Positions 60,379 to 64,000 of a DNA stretch of 64,000 bases are shown here, one piece after another. How positions within the stretch are numbered: the stretch's first letter is position 1; the number at the start of each line of letters is the position of its first letter. The position numbers were made by a program, and so were the translations under genes. Below the pieces are notes generated by a model. That model worked only from the letters and a program-made list of their open reading frames with translations. It was not told where the DNA came from and made no database searches. This DNA comes from an uncultured Gemmataceae bacterium (GTDB lineage: Bacteria; Planctomycetota; Planctomycetia; Gemmatales; Gemmataceae): contig CAVVPN010000004.1 of the NCBI GenBank assembly GCA_963750165.1, positions 384,001 through 448,000 on the forward strand. Direction: 5' to 3'.

Positions 60379-62021
60379 TTACGCTGTCAGGGCCTGGTTC
60401 ACGATCCGTTGAGCTTCGCTGACAATGCGGTCCAGGTGCTCCGGGCCCGAAAAGCTCTCCGCGTAAATCTTGTAGACGTTTTCCGTCCCGGAGGGCCGGG
60501 CGGCAAACCAGCCGTTGGCGGCCACAATCTTCAGGCCGTCGATGGGAGCGTTGTTGCCCGGAGCGCGAGTCAACTTGGCGGTAATCGCCTCCCCGGCCAG
60601 CTTCGACTCCTTAACGTCCTGGGGGACAGCTGCCGCAGCCGCGCCTTCTGTTCGGGCGTGGCCGGGGCGTCGATGCGTGTGTAGCACGGCGTACCGAACT
60701 GCGCCGTGAGTTCACGGTAATGCTCCCCGGGATCCTTCCCGGTGCGCGCCGTGATCTCGGCCGCCAGCAGGTCCAGGAGGGGACCATCCTTGTCCGTCGT
60801 CCACACGGTGCCGTCGCGGCGCAGGAAGCTGGCCCCGGCACTCTCCTCCCCGCCGAAACAGCACGTCCCGTCAAACAGGCCCGGCGCGAACCACTTGAAG
60901 CCGACGGGCACCTCCCACAGCCGGCGGCCGAGGTGTTGCACCACGCGGTCGATCATGCTGCTGCTGACCAGGGTTTTGCCGACCACGGCCTGCGCCGACC
61001 ATTGGCTGCGGTTCGTGAGCAGGTAGCGGATCGCGACGGCCAGGTAGTGGTTGGGGTTCATCAACCCCGCCGAGGGCGTGACAATGCCGTGCCGATCCGA
61101 GTCGGGGTCGTTGGCGAAGGCAACCTGGAACCGATCCTTGAGACCGACGAGGCGGGCCATCGCGTAAGGGCTGGAGCAGTCCATGCGAATCTTGCCGTCG
61201 TGATCGACCGTCATGAACGAGAAGGTGGGATCAACCTTCGCGTTCACGACCTGGATATTCAGACCGTAAAGGTCGTTGATCGGCCCCCAGTAATGCACGG
61301 CGGCGCCGCCGAGCGGGTCCACTCCCATCTTGAGGCCGGCGCCGCGGATCGCCTCCATGTCGATGACGTTTCGCAGGTCGTTGACGTAGGGCAGCACGAA
61401 GTCTTCCTGGTGCGTTGTCCCGGCCTTGAGGGCAGCGCTCACCGACACCCGCTTCACGCCTGCATTGCCGCCGCGCAGCAGTTCATTGGCCCGATCCTGG
61501 ATCCATTTGGTCACGGTGGTGTCGGCGGGACCGCCATTGGTCGGGTTGTACTTGAAGCCGCCGTCCTCGGGGGGATTGTGCGACGGCGTGATGACGATGC
61601 CGTCCGCGAGGTGCTCCTTGCGACCGCGGTTGTAGACGAGGATGGCGTGTGAGATGACCGGCGTCGGGGTGACGCCGTCGTCACGCTGGATGATGGTCGC
61701 CACGCCATTTCCCGCCAGAACCTCCAGGGCGGTGCGCTGAGCCGGCGTGGACAGCGCGTGCGTGTCCTTGCCCATGTAAAGGGGGCCATCCGTGGCCTGG
61801 AGGTGTCGGTAATCGCAGATGGCCTGGGTGATGGCCAGAATGTGGGCTTCCGTGAACGTGCCACGCAGCGAGGTGCCCCGGTGTCCACTGGTGCCGAAGC
61901 TGACCAGCTGATTGGGGTCGCCGAGGTCGGGCCGGCGCTCGAAATACTCCCGTTCGAGCCGGGACAGGTCCACCAACATCTCGGGCGGGGCCGGTTGGCC
62001 CGCAAGGGGGGAGAGCGTCAT
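60379..62021 (-). CDS. pgm: Phosphoglucomutase (alpha-D-glucose-1,6-bisphosphate-dependent); frameshift at ~60623
   Basis: [29 protein letters not shown]. The C-terminal [16 protein letters not shown] is in another frame, restored by one extra base in the G5 run at 60621-60625. Confidence 0.95.
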
Positions 62022-62048
62022 GAAGCACTTCCTTTCATCAGAGGAATC

Positions 62049-62434
62049 GATCCACAGATGACACAGATGAGCGCAGATAAAGATAAATTAGCGCGGTTCG
62101 CGCGCGGTTCGCGCACGGGGTGGGACGGCGGGCACGGGCTGACCACCAGCGGCCTGCACTGCCACAGCAAGGGGGCCAAGGAGGCCAAGGGGGCCAACTT
62201 TTTCATACGTCGAGATGCGGCGCCCTGGCCCTGTGCGGGTGGCACAACTCAACAACCAACGGCAGCGGTTGCCACAGCAAGGACGCCAAGAACGCCAAGA
62301 ACGCCAACTTTTTCACACGTCGAGAATCGGCGCCTGGTAGCGCCGGCCTGCCGTTTGTAGGCCACGCGACTGCGAACCGCGCTAAAATGTCTTTAGCTGT
62401 CTTTATCGGCGTTCATCTGTGTCCTCTGTGGATC
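62049..62434. repeat. Palindromic repeat (CACAGATG-periodic arms) interrupted by MITE B
   Basis: Left arm GATCCACAGATGACACAGATGAGCGCAGATAAAGA (62049-62083). Right arm TCTTTATCGGCGTTCATCTGTGTCCTCTGTGGATC (62400-62434). Confidence 0.8.
62089..62384 (-). mobile_element. MITE-like element B, copy 2 (intact ends, TA on both sides)
   Basis: TA-GCGCGGTTCGC ... GCGAACCGCGC-TA. No transposase ORF. Inverted homologue of 35726-36010. Confidence 0.82.
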
Positions 62435-62487
62435 CTCTTTGGTCTTTTCTCTGCGCGCTCTGCGTTCTCTGTGGTGAATCCTCCGCG

Positions 62488-64000
62488 CTAGGGCACCGGG
62501 CACGGCTCCACGTTCCAGATACCAGCCGCGTACTCGGCGATGGTGCGGTCGCTGGAGAACTTGCCCGAACTGGCGACATTCAAGATGGCCTTGCGCGCCC
62601 AGGCATCCGGGTCGGCATACAACTCGACCAGCCGCCGATCCGCCTCCAGGTAGGATTGCAGGTCCGCCAGGTGCATGTAGTGGTCCCCGCTCGTCAGCAG
62701 TGTGTCGCGCAGGGGGGCGAAGACGCCCGGCTCGTTATGGCTGAAGTGGTCGGCGAAGATCAGGTCCAGCGCCGCCCGGGTTTCCGGCTCGTGTTCGTAG
62801 TGCCAGTGTGGGTCGTACCAGGCCCGGCTCTCCGCGACCTGCTCGGCCGTCAGGCCGAACAGGAAGAAGTTGTCCTCGCCCGCTTCCTGAGCCATCTCGA
62901 TGGTGGCGCCGTCGCGTGTGCCGACGGTCAACGCCCCGTTCATCATGAACTTCATGTTGCTGGTGCCGCTGGCCTCGTAACCGGCCGTCGAGATTTGCTG
63001 GGAGGCGTCACTGGCCGGGATGAGCCGCTCGGCCAGGGAGACGCGGTACTCGGGCAGGAAGAGTACCTGGAGCCGGCCGCGCATCGCCGGGTCGGCGGCG
63101 ATGGTGGCGGCCAGGTTGTTGATGAACTTGATGATGAGCTTGGCGAGGTGGTACGCGGCGGCCGCCTTGCCGGCGAAGAAAAAGGTTCGCGGCGGCATCT
63201 TCAGGCCGGGGTTCGCGCGCAGCCGGTTGTACAGCACGACGACGCGCAGCGCATTGAGCAGTTGCCGCTTGTATTCGTGAATGCGTTTCACCTGGCAATC
63301 GAAAATTGTGTCCACCTCCACGGTCAGGTTGGCGGTCGCTCGGAGCCAGTCGGCAAACTGTCCCTTGGCCTCCCGTTTGGCTTTGCGGAAGGCGTCACGA
63401 AAGCCCCGGTCGCCGGCGAGTGGCTTGAGCTTGCTCAGCTGACTGAGGTCGGAGATCCAGTCGTCGCCGATGGCCTCGGTGATCGTGCGGGCGAGTGCCG
63501 GGTTCGCCAGCAGCAGCCAGCGCCGCGGCGTGACGCCGTTGGTCTTGTTGCTGAAGCGTTCGGGGAACAACTCGGCCAGGTCCTTGACCGTCCGCGTGCG
63601 CAGCAGTTGCGAATGGATGGCGGCCACACCGTTGGTGCTGTGCGAGCCGACGATGGCCAGGTGAGCCATGCGGACGTGCTTGACCGGGCCTTCCTCAATC
63701 AGGCTCACACGCGCCCCGCGGCCATCGTCGCCGGGGAAGCGCGCCCGGACGACATCGAGCAGGCGGCGGTTGATCTCATAGATGATTTCCAGGTGACGCG
63801 GCAGCATCATCTCGAACCACGCGACCGGCCAGCGTTCCAGGGCCTCGGGCAGCAAGGTGTGGTTGGTGAAGGCCAGCGTTCGCCGGGTGAGGGACCAGGC
63901 CTGGTCCCAGCTGAGGTGGGCCTCGTCGAGCAAAATCCGCATCAGCTCCGGAACGGCCATGGTGGGATGCGTGTCGTTGAGCTGGATCGCGACTTTCTCC
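62488..64000 (-). CDS. glgP: Glycogen/maltodextrin phosphorylase; 5' part outside the window
   Basis: IQLNDTHP, TNHTLLPEALE, KTNGVTPRRW, VKRIHEYKRQ, PLP motif EASGTSNMKF. Confidence 0.96.
   Translation of the reverse strand, partial: EKVAIQLNDTHPTMAVPELMRILLDEAHLSWDQAWSLTRRTLAFTNHTLLPEALERWPVAWFEMMLPRHLEIIYEINRRLLDVVRARFPGDDGRGARVSLIEEGPVKHVRMAHLAIVGSHSTNGVAAIHSQLLRTRTVKDLAELFPERFSNKTNGVTPRRWLLLANPALARTITEAIGDDWISDLSQLSKLKPLAGDRGFRDAFRKAKREAKGQFADWLRATANLTVEVDTIFDCQVKRIHEYKRQLLNALRVVVLYNRLRANPGLKMPPRTFFFAGKAAAAYHLAKLIIKFINNLAATIAADPAMRGRLQVLFLPEYRVSLAERLIPASDASQQISTAGYEASGTSNMKFMMNGALTVGTRDGATIEMAQEAGEDNFFLFGLTAEQVAESRAWYDPHWHYEHEPETRAALDLIFADHFSHNEPGVFAPLRDTLLTSGDHYMHLADLQSYLEADRRLVELYADPDAWARKAILNVASSGKFSSDRTIAEYAAGIWNVEPCPVP

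Noticed and set aside
60570..60687. pgm, MMPL and peptidase as pseudogenes or programmed frameshifts
   Set aside because: Single indels in short runs with no further decay and no slippery heptamer. Sequencing error is the simpler explanation.

Overview
High-GC (~68-70%) bacterial DNA with planctomycete (Gemmataceae-like) hallmarks: LEPR-XLL-type N-termini, a PVC CxxCH protein, an ECF sigma/Ser-Thr kinase pair and many REP-like palindromes. Two giant paralogous surface proteins dominate the window: about 4159 aa on the minus strand (10986-23465) and about 5416 aa on the plus strand (44061-60311). They point away from each other across about 20.6 kb. Both have the layout leader - beta-helix repeats - inserted BNR beta-propeller - 10 Ig-like repeats - DUF4214-like anchor. 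They differ mainly in where a ~90-aa 'EVQ...FTLTFNGQTT..L.YNATAAQVQTAL' module is inserted (3 vs 12 copies) and in one LamG-like domain. Other genes are an FAD oxidoreductase, two ferredoxins, a DUF4198-DUF3386 fusion, a haem-c histidine kinase, mutM, a Ca2+ P-type ATPase, rfbD, a PfkB kinase, sulfite reductase, an MMPL transporter, an M12 peptidase, pgm and glgP. Intergenic DNA holds stacked and nested MITE/REP elements, and one REP-like unit lies in frame inside a kinase. Two genes carry sharp in-frame low-GC patches. Six frameshifts, mostly in homopolymer or dinucleotide runs, look like long-read assembly errors. No rRNA, tRNA, CRISPR array, transposase or recombinase was seen. All family names come from motif recognition by eye, not database searches.
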